DNA from: Acidobacteriota bacterium
GTDB taxonomy: Bacteria; Acidobacteriota; Polarisedimenticolia; J045
DNA length: 64,000 nt
NCBI GenBank assembly: GCA_030949985.1
Contig: JAUZRX010000027.1
Coordinates: 19,536 to 83,535, forward strand
Direction: 5' to 3'
Part shown: piece by piece, positions 8,402-19,431 of the stretch
Position numbering within the stretch: position 1 is the first letter of the stretch
Layout: each line of letters begins with the position of its first letter
The notes under the pieces: generated by a model
Seen by the model: only the letters and a program-made list of their open reading frames with translations
Databases searched by the model: none
What the model was told of the DNA's origin: nothing
Made by a program: the position numbers and the translations under genes

Positions 8402-8941
8402 TCACGGGCAGACGGCCCCGTCACGGGGACCCCCACCGCTGTCGCGGCCCTTCGTGCCCTCCTCTCCCAGGCGGTTTTCCGCCGTCACCAGGTAGAAATA
8501 GCCTCCCCCCGCCCCCGGCACGTCCGGATCCGTCGTCGTCGTGCCCACGAGATCCTGCTGCCAGCAGGTCCCGTAGCCACCTCCCGAAAGCGCGGCGAGC
8601 GGGTCCCGGTAGACGTCGTACACGCCCACCGACTTCTCCGGATTCCACGCCAATGTCGTGCTGTCCGTGAACCGCAGGCCCAGCACCTCCTCGGGTGGCG
8701 GGTACGCACTGCCGAACGAACCGTCCATCCGGAACGACGATGACGACAGACCTGTCCGCACCACCGCCTCCCCCAGACTGTCGAGCGAAATCCGGAAGCT
8801 CGCCGAACTCGCCGTCACCCCGTCGTCCGGACGGCCACCCAGGTTGACCACATGCTCGTCGAGCCGGTAGCTCGCGCTCTGCTGGGCGAAAAGGAGCGGC
8901 GCCGACACAAGAACGAGGAAAACCGCAAAGAACACGCGCAT
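8402..8941 (-). CDS. Small secreted protein (179 aa), upstream partner of the 844-aa repeat protein
   Basis: ATG at 8941 gives MRVFFAVFLVLVSAPLLFAQQ (signal peptide). The track start 9049 has no support. The stop at 8402 lies 18 nt before the start of the repeat-protein gene. The C-terminal ~90 aa resemble the C-terminus of the FG-GAP protein at 40074..42080. Confidence 0.7.
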   Translation of the reverse strand: MRVFFAVFLVLVSAPLLFAQQSASYRLDEHVVNLGGRPDDGVTASSASFRISLDSLGEAVVRTGLSSSSFRMDGSFGSAYPPPEEVLGLRFTDSTTLAWNPEKSVGVYDVYRDPLAALSGGGYGTCWQQDLVGTTTTDPDVPGAGGGYFYLVTAENRLGEEGTKGRDSGGGPRDGAVCP

Positions 8942-9006
8942 GGCGCCCCCTTCGGGGAAGAATGAAATGCCGCCCCGGCGGCCCCCCGCCCCCGGGTGCA
9001 TAACTC

Positions 9007-9320
9007 GTAAGCTCGGCGCAGTTATACGCAGATCCAGAAGCCTTGTCAACCCACCGTCAAAAATGCAGGCCGGCGCCCCGCCGCATTCCGGCCTGCCGGG
9101 ACCCTGTCGATATGCGAAAACCCTTCGGTGGACTCGTTGCGCTGGCCATGGGCGTCCTGGAAGAGCACCCTTTGTCCAGCACGCTATTCGTCTTCTTCAA
9201 TCGACGCGGCAACTCTCTCAAGCTTGTGACGCGGAACCGTACCGGCTTCTGCCTGTTCGCCAAACGCCTCGAGCGCGGCCGATGCCTACCCCCCTCGGGT
9301 GCGGCACTGCAGGAGTCGAG
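9007..9320 (+). mobile_element. tnpB: IS66-family remnant: tnpB (Orf2) core only, 3'-truncated, no tnpA or tnpC
   Basis: VDMRKPFGGLVALAMGVLEEHPLSSTLFVFFNRRGNSLKLVTRNRTGFCLFAKRLERGRC matches the conserved IS66 Orf2/TnpB core (DMRKGFDGL...LFVF.N.R...K.L...G..L..KRLE.G.F). The reading frame then runs into AT-rich sequence after ~9320. GTAAGC occurs at 9007-9012. Confidence 0.7.
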
Positions 9321-9468
9321 CGGACAGAAATTAACCTATTTGCAATCTTCGATCAAGAAGTTAAATTGATATACCTGCTATACCCACTTCTCTCATGATG
9401 CATCGCTTGCCAAACAGGAACCAGATGGCCACGCTGTACATCCCCGGTTCGTACCATCTCGAAGGCTT

Positions 9469-10203
9469 TCAGCCATCGTTGCCAGCACCCTCCTCCTCCC
9501 GGGCCTCGGACAGAGCGCTAGCCACGAGCCCGGTAGGCACCGCAGCGACGCCCAGGCCGACCATGAGCACGATGAACGTAAACAGGCGACCGCCGGCCGT
9601 CACGGGGTACACATCGCCATAGCCCACGGCCGTCAAGGTCGCGACAGCCCACCACAAGCCGTCAAAGACTGATGCGAATGCTTCAGGCTGAGCTGCGTTT
9701 TCGAAGTAGTAGATTCCAACAGCCGAGCAGTACAAAAGGAGCAGTGTTACAAAAGCGAAGAGAACCAGCTCCTCCTTCGCGATCACGAACGCGCGCTGGA
9801 AACGCTGAATGGCCTTGCTGTAGCGGAAAAGCTTGAGCGCTCGAAAGAGTCGAAGGAGTCGGAAGGCGCGAAGGAAACGAAAGTCGAGGCTGGAGGCCAA
9901 GTAAAACGGCAGAATGGCCGCGAGGTCGATCAGACCGAAAAAGCTGAAGGCGAAGCGCAGTCCCCGCGTCGCCACTACGATGCGAGGCAGGCACTCCCCG
10001 GTGAAGATCGCGATACAGCCCACTTCAACGACATTGAGGAGCTGCCGAGTGCCGGGCCGGAGTTCTGGTAGCGTCTCAATCGAGAAGGATGCAAGCGATA
10101 GGATGATCAGAGCCTGTATGGAGAGGCCGAAGACGCGACCGGCGGGCGTATCGTTCTGCTCAACGACTTCCTTAAGGCTCCCGGCGACAACCTCCCCCTG
10201 CCT
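9469..10203 (-). CDS. Voltage-gated-type K+ channel (ion transport protein, S1-S6 plus pore); no canonical start codon at the expected N-terminus
   Basis: Selectivity filter TAVGYGD and S4-like RFLRAFRLLRLFRALKLFR. My own translation upstream of the track start (GTG 10023) continues in frame as LKEVVEQNDTPAGRVFGLSIQALIILSLASFSIETLPELRPGTRQLLNVVEV (S1-like). It runs up to a TAA at 10204-10206 without any ATG, GTG or TTG. Confidence 0.7.
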   Translation of the reverse strand, partial: RQGEVVAGSLKEVVEQNDTPAGRVFGLSIQALIILSLASFSIETLPELRPGTRQLLNVVEVGCIAIFTGECLPRIVVATRGLRFAFSFFGLIDLAAILPFYLASSLDFRFLRAFRLLRLFRALKLFRYSKAIQRFQRAFVIAKEELVLFAFVTLLLLYCSAVGIYYFENAAQPEAFASVFDGLWWAVATLTAVGYGDVYPVTAGGRLFTFIVLMVGLGVAAVPTGLVASALSEAREEEGAGNDG

Positions 10204-10319
10204 TTATCCAGCCAACGAATAGCGACCTATACGTCGTGCGCAGCATGGCGGATAGATCGGGTGAACGAAGCCGAAGTCCCAACAGCCGCATGAGATCGCC
10301 CATGCTGAGGCCCGGGGAG

Positions 10320-11465
10320 TCAGCCCAGCGCGGTTTCCAGCTCGGCAATCAGGTCCTCGGCGTCCTCGATACCCACCGACAGGCGCACCAGGTCTTCGCT
10401 GATGCCGATACGCTCTTTCTCGGCAGGGGGGATCGTGCCGTGGGTCATGGTGTAGGGGTGGCAGGAGAGAGACTCGACGCCGCCGAGTGATTCGGCCAGG
10501 GTGAACAGCTCGGTGCGCTCGAAGAAACGGTCCACCGCCGCCCGACCGCCCTCGATGACGAAGGAGACCATGCCGGAAAAGCCGCTCATCTGCCGGCGGG
10601 CGATCTCGTGCCCCGGGTGGTCGGGTAGACCGGGGAAGTAGACCTTCTTCACCGACGAGTGAGCCGCGAGGAAGGCAGCCACGCGGCGGGCGTTCTCCTC
10701 GTGGCGCTGCATGCGTACGGGGAGAGTCTTGAGGCCCCGCTGCAACAGGTAGCAGTCGAAGGGCGAGGGCACGCCTCCGGCGGCGTTCTGATAGAAGGCG
10801 ATCTTCTCGTGGATCTCCGGGTCCGAGGTCACTACCGCGCCCCCCACGACATCGCTGTGACCGCCGAGGTACTTGGTCGTGGAGTGCACGACGATCTGGG
10901 CACCGAGGTCCAGGGGCCGCTGGAAGCAGGGGGTGGCGAAAGTGTTGTCCACCACCAGCAGCACGTCCCCCGGCTTGCCCTGGGCCAGCCTGCGGATGTC
11001 GTGGATGTTGAGCAGCGGGTTGGTCGGCGACTCGACCCAGATCATGCGGGTCTCGTCGCGCACCCTGGCCAGCAGTGCGTCGGCGTCGGCGGTGTCGAGA
11101 AACTCGAACTCGATGCCGTACTTGGCGTAGACGTCCCGAAACAGGCGGAAGGTGCCGCCGTAGACGTCGATGGTGGTCAGCAGGTGGTCACCGGGGCGCA
11201 GCAGGTCGGCCACGGCCGCCGCCGCCGCCGAGCCGGAGGCGAAGCAGCTTCCGAAGGCGCCGCCCTCGAGGCCGGCCAAGGTGGCCTCCAGCGAGCGCCG
11301 GGAAGGATTGCCCGTGCGGGAATACTCGAAGCCATCGCGGAAGTTGCCGATGCCATCCTGTTTGAAGGTGGTGCTCAGCCAGATCGGCACGTTCACCGCG
11401 CCGGTGCGGGGGTCGGGGTGCTGCCCCTCGTGGACCGCCCGCGTTGCAAAGCGCCTGGGCCTCAT
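10320..11465 (-). CDS. PLP-dependent cystathionine gamma-lyase/gamma-synthase family enzyme (Cys/Met metabolism)
   Basis: FATRAVHEGQHPDP...VVHSTTKYLGGHSD (PLP-lysine motif)...LAESLGGVESL...RLSVGIEDAEDL. ATG at 11465 forms an ATGA overlap with the stop of the upstream gene (11462-11465). Confidence 0.9.
   Translation of the reverse strand: MRPRRFATRAVHEGQHPDPRTGAVNVPIWLSTTFKQDGIGNFRDGFEYSRTGNPSRRSLEATLAGLEGGAFGSCFASGSAAAAAVADLLRPGDHLLTTIDVYGGTFRLFRDVYAKYGIEFEFLDTADADALLARVRDETRMIWVESPTNPLLNIHDIRRLAQGKPGDVLLVVDNTFATPCFQRPLDLGAQIVVHSTTKYLGGHSDVVGGAVVTSDPEIHEKIAFYQNAAGGVPSPFDCYLLQRGLKTLPVRMQRHEENARRVAAFLAAHSSVKKVYFPGLPDHPGHEIARRQMSGFSGMVSFVIEGGRAAVDRFFERTELFTLAESLGGVESLSCHPYTMTHGTIPPAEKERIGISEDLVRLSVGIEDAEDLIAELETALG
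10461..10643. repeat. Right copy of the 183-bp direct repeat (partner 5547..5729), inside the intact gamma-lyase gene
   Basis: See the left copy. 4 mismatches in 183 by eye. Confidence 0.9.
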
Positions 11466-12424
11466 GCCTCTTCCTCCAGCCCCTGTTCGTGGATCCACGT
11501 GTCGTTGAAGACCTTCCCCAGGTAATTGCGCCCCGTGTCGGCGAACATCACCACGATCCGCTGGCCTTCGTCCATGTCCCGGGCGATTTCGAGAGCCGCG
11601 CCGAGGGCCGTACCCGCAGAGCCGCCCACCATCAGCCCCTCCTCCCGGGCCAGCCTCCGGGCCAGGTGAAAGGCCCGGGCGTCGGGAACATAGATGAAGT
11701 CGTCCACCAGGTCGGGATCGTAGATCCCGGGGTGGTGATCGTTGCCGATGCCTTCCACAAGGTAGCCGCCGACCTCGCCCCCACCGAACACCGAGCCGGG
11801 GGGGTCGGCCGCCACCACGCGAATGCCGGGGTTGCGCTCCTTGAGATAGCGGGCGACACCCATCATCGTCCCGGTGGTCCCCATGCCGCCGACGAAGGCG
11901 TCCAGCTTGCCCTCCGTGTCCTTCCAGATCTCCGGCGCCGTGCCCCGGTAGTGGGCCTGGACGTTGACCGGGTTTTCGAACTGGTCCGCCAGCCAGGCCC
12001 CCGGAGTTTCCCGGGCGATGCGGGCGGCCACCCGGGAGTAGTGCTCGGGGGAGTCATGGGAAACATCCGAAGGGGTGCGAACGATCTCGGCACCGTAGGC
12101 CTCGAGCAGGCGCACCTTGTCATCACTCATCTTGTCCGGCAGAACGAAGATGCAACGGTAACCCTTGATCGCCGAGACGAGCGCCAGGCCGACTCCCGTG
12201 TTGCCGGCGGTGGCCTCGACCACGGTGCCGCCGGGCTTCAGCGCACCCGACTCCTCCGCCGCCTCGATCATCGCGATGCCGATGCGGTCCTTGATGCTGC
12301 CACCGGGATTGAAGCTCTCCACCTTGGCCAGGATCTCGGGTTTCACCCCTTCGGTGACCCGGTTGAGCCGGACCAGGGGGGTGGTCCCCACCAGCGAGAG
12401 CACATGGTCGTGAATCGGCGCCAT
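11462..12424 (-). CDS. Cysteine synthase / cystathionine beta-synthase-like PLP enzyme (CysK/CBS fold, no CBS regulatory domains)
   Basis: MAPIHDHVLSLVGTTPLVRLNRV...FNPGGSIKDR...GNTG. ATG at 12424 preceded by GGGAGG. The track start 12589 is unsupported. Confidence 0.85.
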   Translation of the reverse strand: MAPIHDHVLSLVGTTPLVRLNRVTEGVKPEILAKVESFNPGGSIKDRIGIAMIEAAEESGALKPGGTVVEATAGNTGVGLALVSAIKGYRCIFVLPDKMSDDKVRLLEAYGAEIVRTPSDVSHDSPEHYSRVAARIARETPGAWLADQFENPVNVQAHYRGTAPEIWKDTEGKLDAFVGGMGTTGTMMGVARYLKERNPGIRVVAADPPGSVFGGGEVGGYLVEGIGNDHHPGIYDPDLVDDFIYVPDARAFHLARRLAREEGLMVGGSAGTALGAALEIARDMDEGQRIVVMFADTGRNYLGKVFNDTWIHEQGLEEEA

Positions 12425-12498
12425 CTCCAGCCTCCCTTCCGGGCCGCAGGTCCCGCAAGACCGCCAGAACTTAGCACAAGCTCCCGGGGGCGCGCTCT

Positions 12499-13998
12499 TC
12501 AGCGGTACTCCAGGTGCAGATCCAGCGCCGCCCAGGCGCGGACCTCCTGCTCCAGGTCGGCCTGCACCAGGGGATGCCCCTCGAGCCAACCCTCGGGGAA
12601 GGCCAGGCGGAGCCCTTTCTTGCGGACCTTGAGGCGGATGGGAGGCAGGGGGCGCGAGGTGCGGGAGCGATTGAGCAGCACCGCCAGGCGCAGCAGCAGG
12701 CAGAGCCTGAGGGCTCGCTGGGCCCTGGAGGGCTGGAGCGGCTCGAAGATCGCCGGCGTGAGCTTACGCCGATGACCCCGAATCAAAGTCGAAAGGGTCT
12801 GCTGCCCCCCGAGGGAAAAGCCCGCCATGTCGGAGTGCGCCACCAGGTAAGCCCCGTGCTTGTGGAAGCCGCTGTGGGAGACGGCCAGGCCGATCTCGTG
12901 CAGGCTCGCCGCCCAGCGCAGGTTGCGGCGGGCGTAGGCCTCGTCGAGCTGCCAGGCCTCGAGCACCTGGCCGAGCAGATCCTGGGCCGTGCGATCGACG
13001 CGTCCGGCCTGCTCGCGATCGACTCGGTAGCGCTCCATGAAACGCTCGATGGTGCGCTCCCGCACGTCCTCGTCGCTCAGCCGACCCACCAGGTCGTAGA
13101 GCAGACCCTCCCGCAGAGCGCCGTGAGAAGTGAGCATTTCTTCGAGGCCCAGGCTCTCGAAGATCGCCAGCAGGATCGCCACGCCCCCGGGGAGCACCGC
13201 CGCCCGGTCCGCCCGCAGTCCGGGCAGACGCACCTGCTCCGCCTGCCCCGCCGCCAGCAGGGCTTCGCGCAGCTTTTCCAGCCCTTCCCGACTGACACCC
13301 CGGTCGGTCCATCCGGCCCGGCGCAACACCTCCTCGATGGCGAGAATCGTTCCCGAAGCCCCGATGGCGCGACTCCAGGGTCGGTCCAGGAAGTCCCGCT
13401 CGATGTTCTGCATTTCCAACCGCGCCGCGATGACAGCCTTCTTCATGCGCTGGGGCCGGATCTTGCCCCCGGGGAAGTAGGCCTCGGTGAAAGAGACACA
13501 GCCCATGTAGAGACTCGCCGTGCGCTCCACGTCGTAGCCCGTGCCCAGGATGCACTCTGTGCTACCGCCGCCGATGTCCACGATCAAGCGGCGATGGGCA
13601 TCGTCGTAGAACGAGTGCGCCACACCGAGGTAGATCAGTCGCGCCTCCTCGCTGCCGGGGATGATCTTGATCGGGTGGCCGAGGGCCTGGCGGGCCCGGT
13701 CCAGGAAGCCCTCCGCGTTGCGCGCCTTGCGCAAAGCGTTGGTGCCCACGGCCCGCACCGCCGAAGCGGGGTGATCCTGCAGGCGCTGGCCGAAGCGCTG
13801 CAGGCAAGCCAGCGCGCGCCTTTCCGCCTCGGGCCGCAGCCGGTTCTTCTCGTCGAGGCCCGCGCCGAGTTGAACCCACTCCCGCAGACGATCGACGGGG
13901 GTGATTTCACCGTCCACCACCCGCGCGATGAGCATGTGAAAGCTGTTGGAGCCCAGGTCGATGGCTGCGAAGGTGCCCTGGGGGGGCCTGTGTTCCAC
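12499..13998 (-). CDS. ppx: Exopolyphosphatase / guanosine pentaphosphate phosphohydrolase (Ppx/GppA family)
   Basis: N-terminal FAAIDLGSNSFHMLIA, GGGSTE, and a C-terminal HD-like region HEIGLAVSHSGFHKHGAYLV. GTG at 13998 preceded by GGAGAGGA. About 500 aa, as expected for the family. Confidence 0.85.
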   Translation of the reverse strand: MEHRPPQGTFAAIDLGSNSFHMLIARVVDGEITPVDRLREWVQLGAGLDEKNRLRPEAERRALACLQRFGQRLQDHPASAVRAVGTNALRKARNAEGFLDRARQALGHPIKIIPGSEEARLIYLGVAHSFYDDAHRRLIVDIGGGSTECILGTGYDVERTASLYMGCVSFTEAYFPGGKIRPQRMKKAVIAARLEMQNIERDFLDRPWSRAIGASGTILAIEEVLRRAGWTDRGVSREGLEKLREALLAAGQAEQVRLPGLRADRAAVLPGGVAILLAIFESLGLEEMLTSHGALREGLLYDLVGRLSDEDVRERTIERFMERYRVDREQAGRVDRTAQDLLGQVLEAWQLDEAYARRNLRWAASLHEIGLAVSHSGFHKHGAYLVAHSDMAGFSLGGQQTLSTLIRGHRRKLTPAIFEPLQPSRAQRALRLCLLLRLAVLLNRSRTSRPLPPIRLKVRKKGLRLAFPEGWLEGHPLVQADLEQEVRAWAALDLHLEYR

Positions 13999-14065
13999 GT
14001 GTCGTTCCTCTCCGGGCGCCGGGAACGGGGGCCGCCGCGCCCGGTGAATGTTAACGTATCGCCCC

Positions 14066-14875
14066 ATGGCAACCTTTGTGATCGGCGATATCCATGGCTG
14101 CGCGGCGAGCCTCGACGCCCTGCTCGGCCGCTTGCCGATGGGCGCCACCGACCGCCTCTGGCAGGTCGGCGACCTGGTCAACCGTGGCCCCAACTCCAGC
14201 GGTGTGCTGCGCTGGGCCATGGACCAGGGCTCGCGACTGGTGACCGTCCTGGGCAACCACGAGTTGGCGATCCTGGCCCGCTACCACCTGCGGGGCAGCA
14301 AGGGGCGGGACGAACTCGCGGCACGTTTCGGCGCCAAACTCCTGCCCGCCGTGATCGAGTGGATCACCGCCCGCCCCCTGCTCTACGTGGAGGGCGACAA
14401 GGTGCTGGTCCACGCCGGGGTTCTGCCCTGCTGGAGTCGCCCGCAAACCGAGGACCTGGCCCGTGACGCCCATGCCGCCCTGGCGGGCGCCTTGCGCGAG
14501 CCGATCCTCGAGCTGCTCTTCGGCGGCACCCTGCCCCGCAAGTGGAAGGACAATCTGCCTCCCGCCGAACGCCACGCCTTCGTGATCCAGACTCTCACAC
14601 GCCTGCGCATGGTCGAGTCCCGACGCCGGCCCGTCTTCCCCTACACCGGCTCCCCCGACCAGGCGCCTTCCCACTATCGCGCCTGGTTCGAACGGCAGCA
14701 CGAGAGCTGGGACTCGACGCGGATCTTCTTCGGCCACTGGGCGGCGCTCGGCCTGCACCTGGGCCGGAGGGCCGTGGGTCTCGACACGGGCTGTGTCTAC
14801 GGTGGTCGCCTCAGCGCCATCGACCGGGACGGCGGCAAGGTCTACCAGGTCGAGCGTCAACCCGGCGACGTCTGA
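14066..14875 (+). CDS. apaH: Symmetrical bis(5'-nucleosyl)-tetraphosphatase (ApaH-type metallophosphoesterase)
   Basis: MATFVIGDIHGC, GDLVNRGP, GNHE and HAG motifs. Confidence 0.85.
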   Translation: MATFVIGDIHGCAASLDALLGRLPMGATDRLWQVGDLVNRGPNSSGVLRWAMDQGSRLVTVLGNHELAILARYHLRGSKGRDELAARFGAKLLPAVIEWITARPLLYVEGDKVLVHAGVLPCWSRPQTEDLARDAHAALAGALREPILELLFGGTLPRKWKDNLPPAERHAFVIQTLTRLRMVESRRRPVFPYTGSPDQAPSHYRAWFERQHESWDSTRIFFGHWAALGLHLGRRAVGLDTGCVYGGRLSAIDRDGGKVYQVERQPGDV

Positions 14876-14910
14876 CCCCCCGTCATGAAACACCCGTCGC
14901 GCGCAACGGG

Positions 14911-15417
14911 TCAGGGCCGGCGGGCGCCCCCCAGGCGGCGCAAGGCCCGGGGCGGCAAGAGCCAGTGCAACTGGGCCCATCCCCGGGGAAACAGCTCGAT
15001 GCACACGGCCCCGGCTTTCTTCATGCTGGTAAAGGGGCGCCGTCCGCTGCCGATGGCCGCCGCGACGATCAGGTCCATGCCGGGCAGGTGCCCGGTGCAG
15101 AGCACGGACTCCACCCCGAGGGCGCGCACTTCCGCCAGGAGCTGCCCCGGATCTCCCGCCGGGGACAGGGCACCGGTGGTGGCGACCTTTCCGGGGTCGA
15201 AGCCCAGTTCCTCGGCGACGATGGTGGCCGTCTCCTGCGCCCGCACCAGCGGGCTCGAGACGATGGCCCCGGGACGAACTCCCATCCAGGCCAGCCCACG
15301 GGCCGCCAGCCGGGTGCGCTCGCGTCCCTGCTCGGTCAGCGGCCGGTGAAAATCGTCGGGACAGTGGGGATCGGCGTGGTCGATGGCGATGCCATGGCGC
15401 ATCAGGACGATCTGCAT
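14911..15417 (-). CDS. sixA: Phosphohistidine phosphatase SixA (histidine phosphatase superfamily)
   Basis: MQIVLMRHGIA (RHG catalytic motif), SSPLVRAQETA, and a GHLPGM-like region. ATG at 15417. Confidence 0.8.
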   Translation of the reverse strand: MQIVLMRHGIAIDHADPHCPDDFHRPLTEQGRERTRLAARGLAWMGVRPGAIVSSPLVRAQETATIVAEELGFDPGKVATTGALSPAGDPGQLLAEVRALGVESVLCTGHLPGMDLIVAAAIGSGRRPFTSMKKAGAVCIELFPRGWAQLHWLLPPRALRRLGGARRP

Positions 15418-15790
15418 CGGGCTCCTCCGCCTCGAACCCGGCTCGCACCGGTCGGATGGGGAGACTACAACATCAGCGTCCATGCCGGGTCATCGGTCCC
15501 CTTCGGGCACACCAGGCGTTTGAAACCCCGCCGTGCCACGCGGATCGCCTCCGCGTCGCTGCCCGCGCCGAAAGGGGTCTCGGCGTCGATGCCCCGCTCT
15601 GCGAGAAACTCCCTGCGCCGCGGCGAGGCCGGCGCGCCCGGGTCGTCGAAGCGGTCGCTCGAGGCGGCCGACCGCCGGGGCAGACGATCGTCGTAGCGCA
15701 AACGCCCGCGGTGGCCTCAGAATAGGGGCTCCCCGCGCCCGGCTTGCCGGCGACCCGCCGCGCCGCCGTGCGCCCAAGGAGTTCCACGTC

Positions 15791-17440
15791 ATGCGCTACC
15801 TGCTGCTCGCGACTCTCTGCCTCTCCCTCCTCTCCTGCTCGTCTCCCGGCGGGACGGGAGAGTCCGCCTCGCATCCCGCGGCGGACAAGCTCTTGTCGAA
15901 GTACACGACCTTCCCCCTGACCACCGATTTCAACCGACTCAGCGAGTCTCAGCGCAAAATGCTGCCCCTGCTGGTGGAAGCGGCCCGGGCCATGGACCAG
16001 GCCTTCTGGATCCAGGCCTGGGGCGAGAAGGACGAGTGGCTGGCCTCCATCGACGACCCCGGCCTCAGGCGCTTCGCCGAGATCAACTACGGCCCCTGGG
16101 ACCGCCTCGACGCCAACCGTCCCTTTCTCGAGGGCATCGGCCCCAAGCCCGCAGGCGCCAATTTCTATCCAGCGGACATGACCCGGGAAGAATTCGAAGA
16201 GGCCGCCGCTCAGGACGAAGAGCAGGGCGCGGCGCTGCGCAGCCTCTACACGATGGTCCGTCGCGGCGACGACGGCAGCCTGCAAGCCATCCCCTACAGC
16301 CGGTTCTTCCACGATCAAGTCTCCGTCGCGGCGGCCAAGCTGCGCGAGGCGGCGGCCCTGGCCGAAAACGAGCAGCTTCGGCGTTATCTCGAGCTGAGGG
16401 CCGACGCCCTCGAGAGCGATCTCTACCAACCGTCGGACATGGCCTGGATGGAGATGAAGACCAACATGCTGGACATCGTCATCGGCCCCATCGAAACCTA
16501 CGAGGACCAGCTCTTCGGCTACAAGGCCGCCTTCGAGGCCTATGTGCTGGTCAAGGACATGGACTGGAGCCGGCGCCTGGAGCGTTACTCCGCTTTCCTG
16601 CCCGAACTCCAGCGGGGCCTGCCGGTGGATGCCGCCTACAAGCAGGAAACGCCCGGCACCGACTCGGAACTCAACGCCTATGACGTTCTCTTCTACGCCG
16701 GGGACTGCAACGCCGGCTCGAAGACCATCGCCATCAACCTTCCCAACGACGAGGAGGTGCAGCTCACTCGCGGCTCGCGGCGACTGCAGCTCAAAAACGC
16801 CATGCGGGCCAAGTTCGACAAGATCCTGGTCCCCATCGCCGAGGAGTTGATCGCCGAAGACCAGCGCAGGCACGTCACTTTCGACGCCTTCTTCGCCAAC
16901 ACCATGTTCCACGAGGTGGCCCACGGGCTGGGCATCAAGAACACGATTGACGGGCGGGGCACGGTTCGACGGGCGATGAAAGAACAGGCCTCGGCCCTCG
17001 AAGAGGGCAAGGCGGACGTGCTCGGCCTGTACATGGTCGGTCGCCTGCACGAGATGGGCGAGCTGGGCGACAGCCCGCTGATGGACAACTACGTCACCTT
17101 CATCGCCAGCATCTTCCGCTCGATCCGTTTCGGCGCGGCCAGCGCCCACGGACGGGCCAACCTGGTGCGATTCAATTTCTTCAAAGAGATGGGGGCCTTC
17201 ACCCGGGATGCGGCCAGCGGCACCTATCGCATCGACGCGGCCAAAATGACCGAGGCGATGCATGCTCTCTCCCGGAAGATCCTCGTCCTGCAGGGCGACG
17301 GCGACTACGAGGGCGCCAAGGCCCTGATCGAACGCTACGGCGTGATGGGCCCCGAACTCGAGGCCGATCTTCAGCGCCTGGGCCGGGCCGGCATCCCGGT
17401 GGACATCGTCTTCGAGCAGCCTGCGGCGGAACTGCGCTGA
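15791..17440 (+). CDS. Zinc metallopeptidase-like lipoprotein, DPP III (M49)-related family
   Basis: Lipoprotein signal MRYLLLATLCLSLLSCSS. FHEVAHGLG (HExxH-type) plus EEGKADVLGLY, which resembles the second zinc-ligand motif of M49-like proteins. The family name is from memory. Confidence 0.55.
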   Translation: MRYLLLATLCLSLLSCSSPGGTGESASHPAADKLLSKYTTFPLTTDFNRLSESQRKMLPLLVEAARAMDQAFWIQAWGEKDEWLASIDDPGLRRFAEINYGPWDRLDANRPFLEGIGPKPAGANFYPADMTREEFEEAAAQDEEQGAALRSLYTMVRRGDDGSLQAIPYSRFFHDQVSVAAAKLREAAALAENEQLRRYLELRADALESDLYQPSDMAWMEMKTNMLDIVIGPIETYEDQLFGYKAAFEAYVLVKDMDWSRRLERYSAFLPELQRGLPVDAAYKQETPGTDSELNAYDVLFYAGDCNAGSKTIAINLPNDEEVQLTRGSRRLQLKNAMRAKFDKILVPIAEELIAEDQRRHVTFDAFFANTMFHEVAHGLGIKNTIDGRGTVRRAMKEQASALEEGKADVLGLYMVGRLHEMGELGDSPLMDNYVTFIASIFRSIRFGAASAHGRANLVRFNFFKEMGAFTRDAASGTYRIDAAKMTEAMHALSRKILVLQGDGDYEGAKALIERYGVMGPELEADLQRLGRAGIPVDIVFEQPAAELR

Positions 17441-17468
17441 GGCGCGGGCAGCCGTGGAGGCCAGGCCG

Positions 17469-19412
<1,944 letters not shown>

Positions 19413-19431
19413 GGCGCACAGGGAGCGATCC

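Noticed and set aside
7049-8743. 564-aa plus-strand ORF
   Set aside because: Antisense to the repeat-protein gene. It merely mirrors the 87-bp periodicity (repeated HVRV...EVA units) and has no start context or family features.
12514-14466. 650-aa plus-strand ORF
   Set aside because: Antisense to the Ppx/GppA gene and running into apaH. Arg/Gly/Pro-rich and without motifs.
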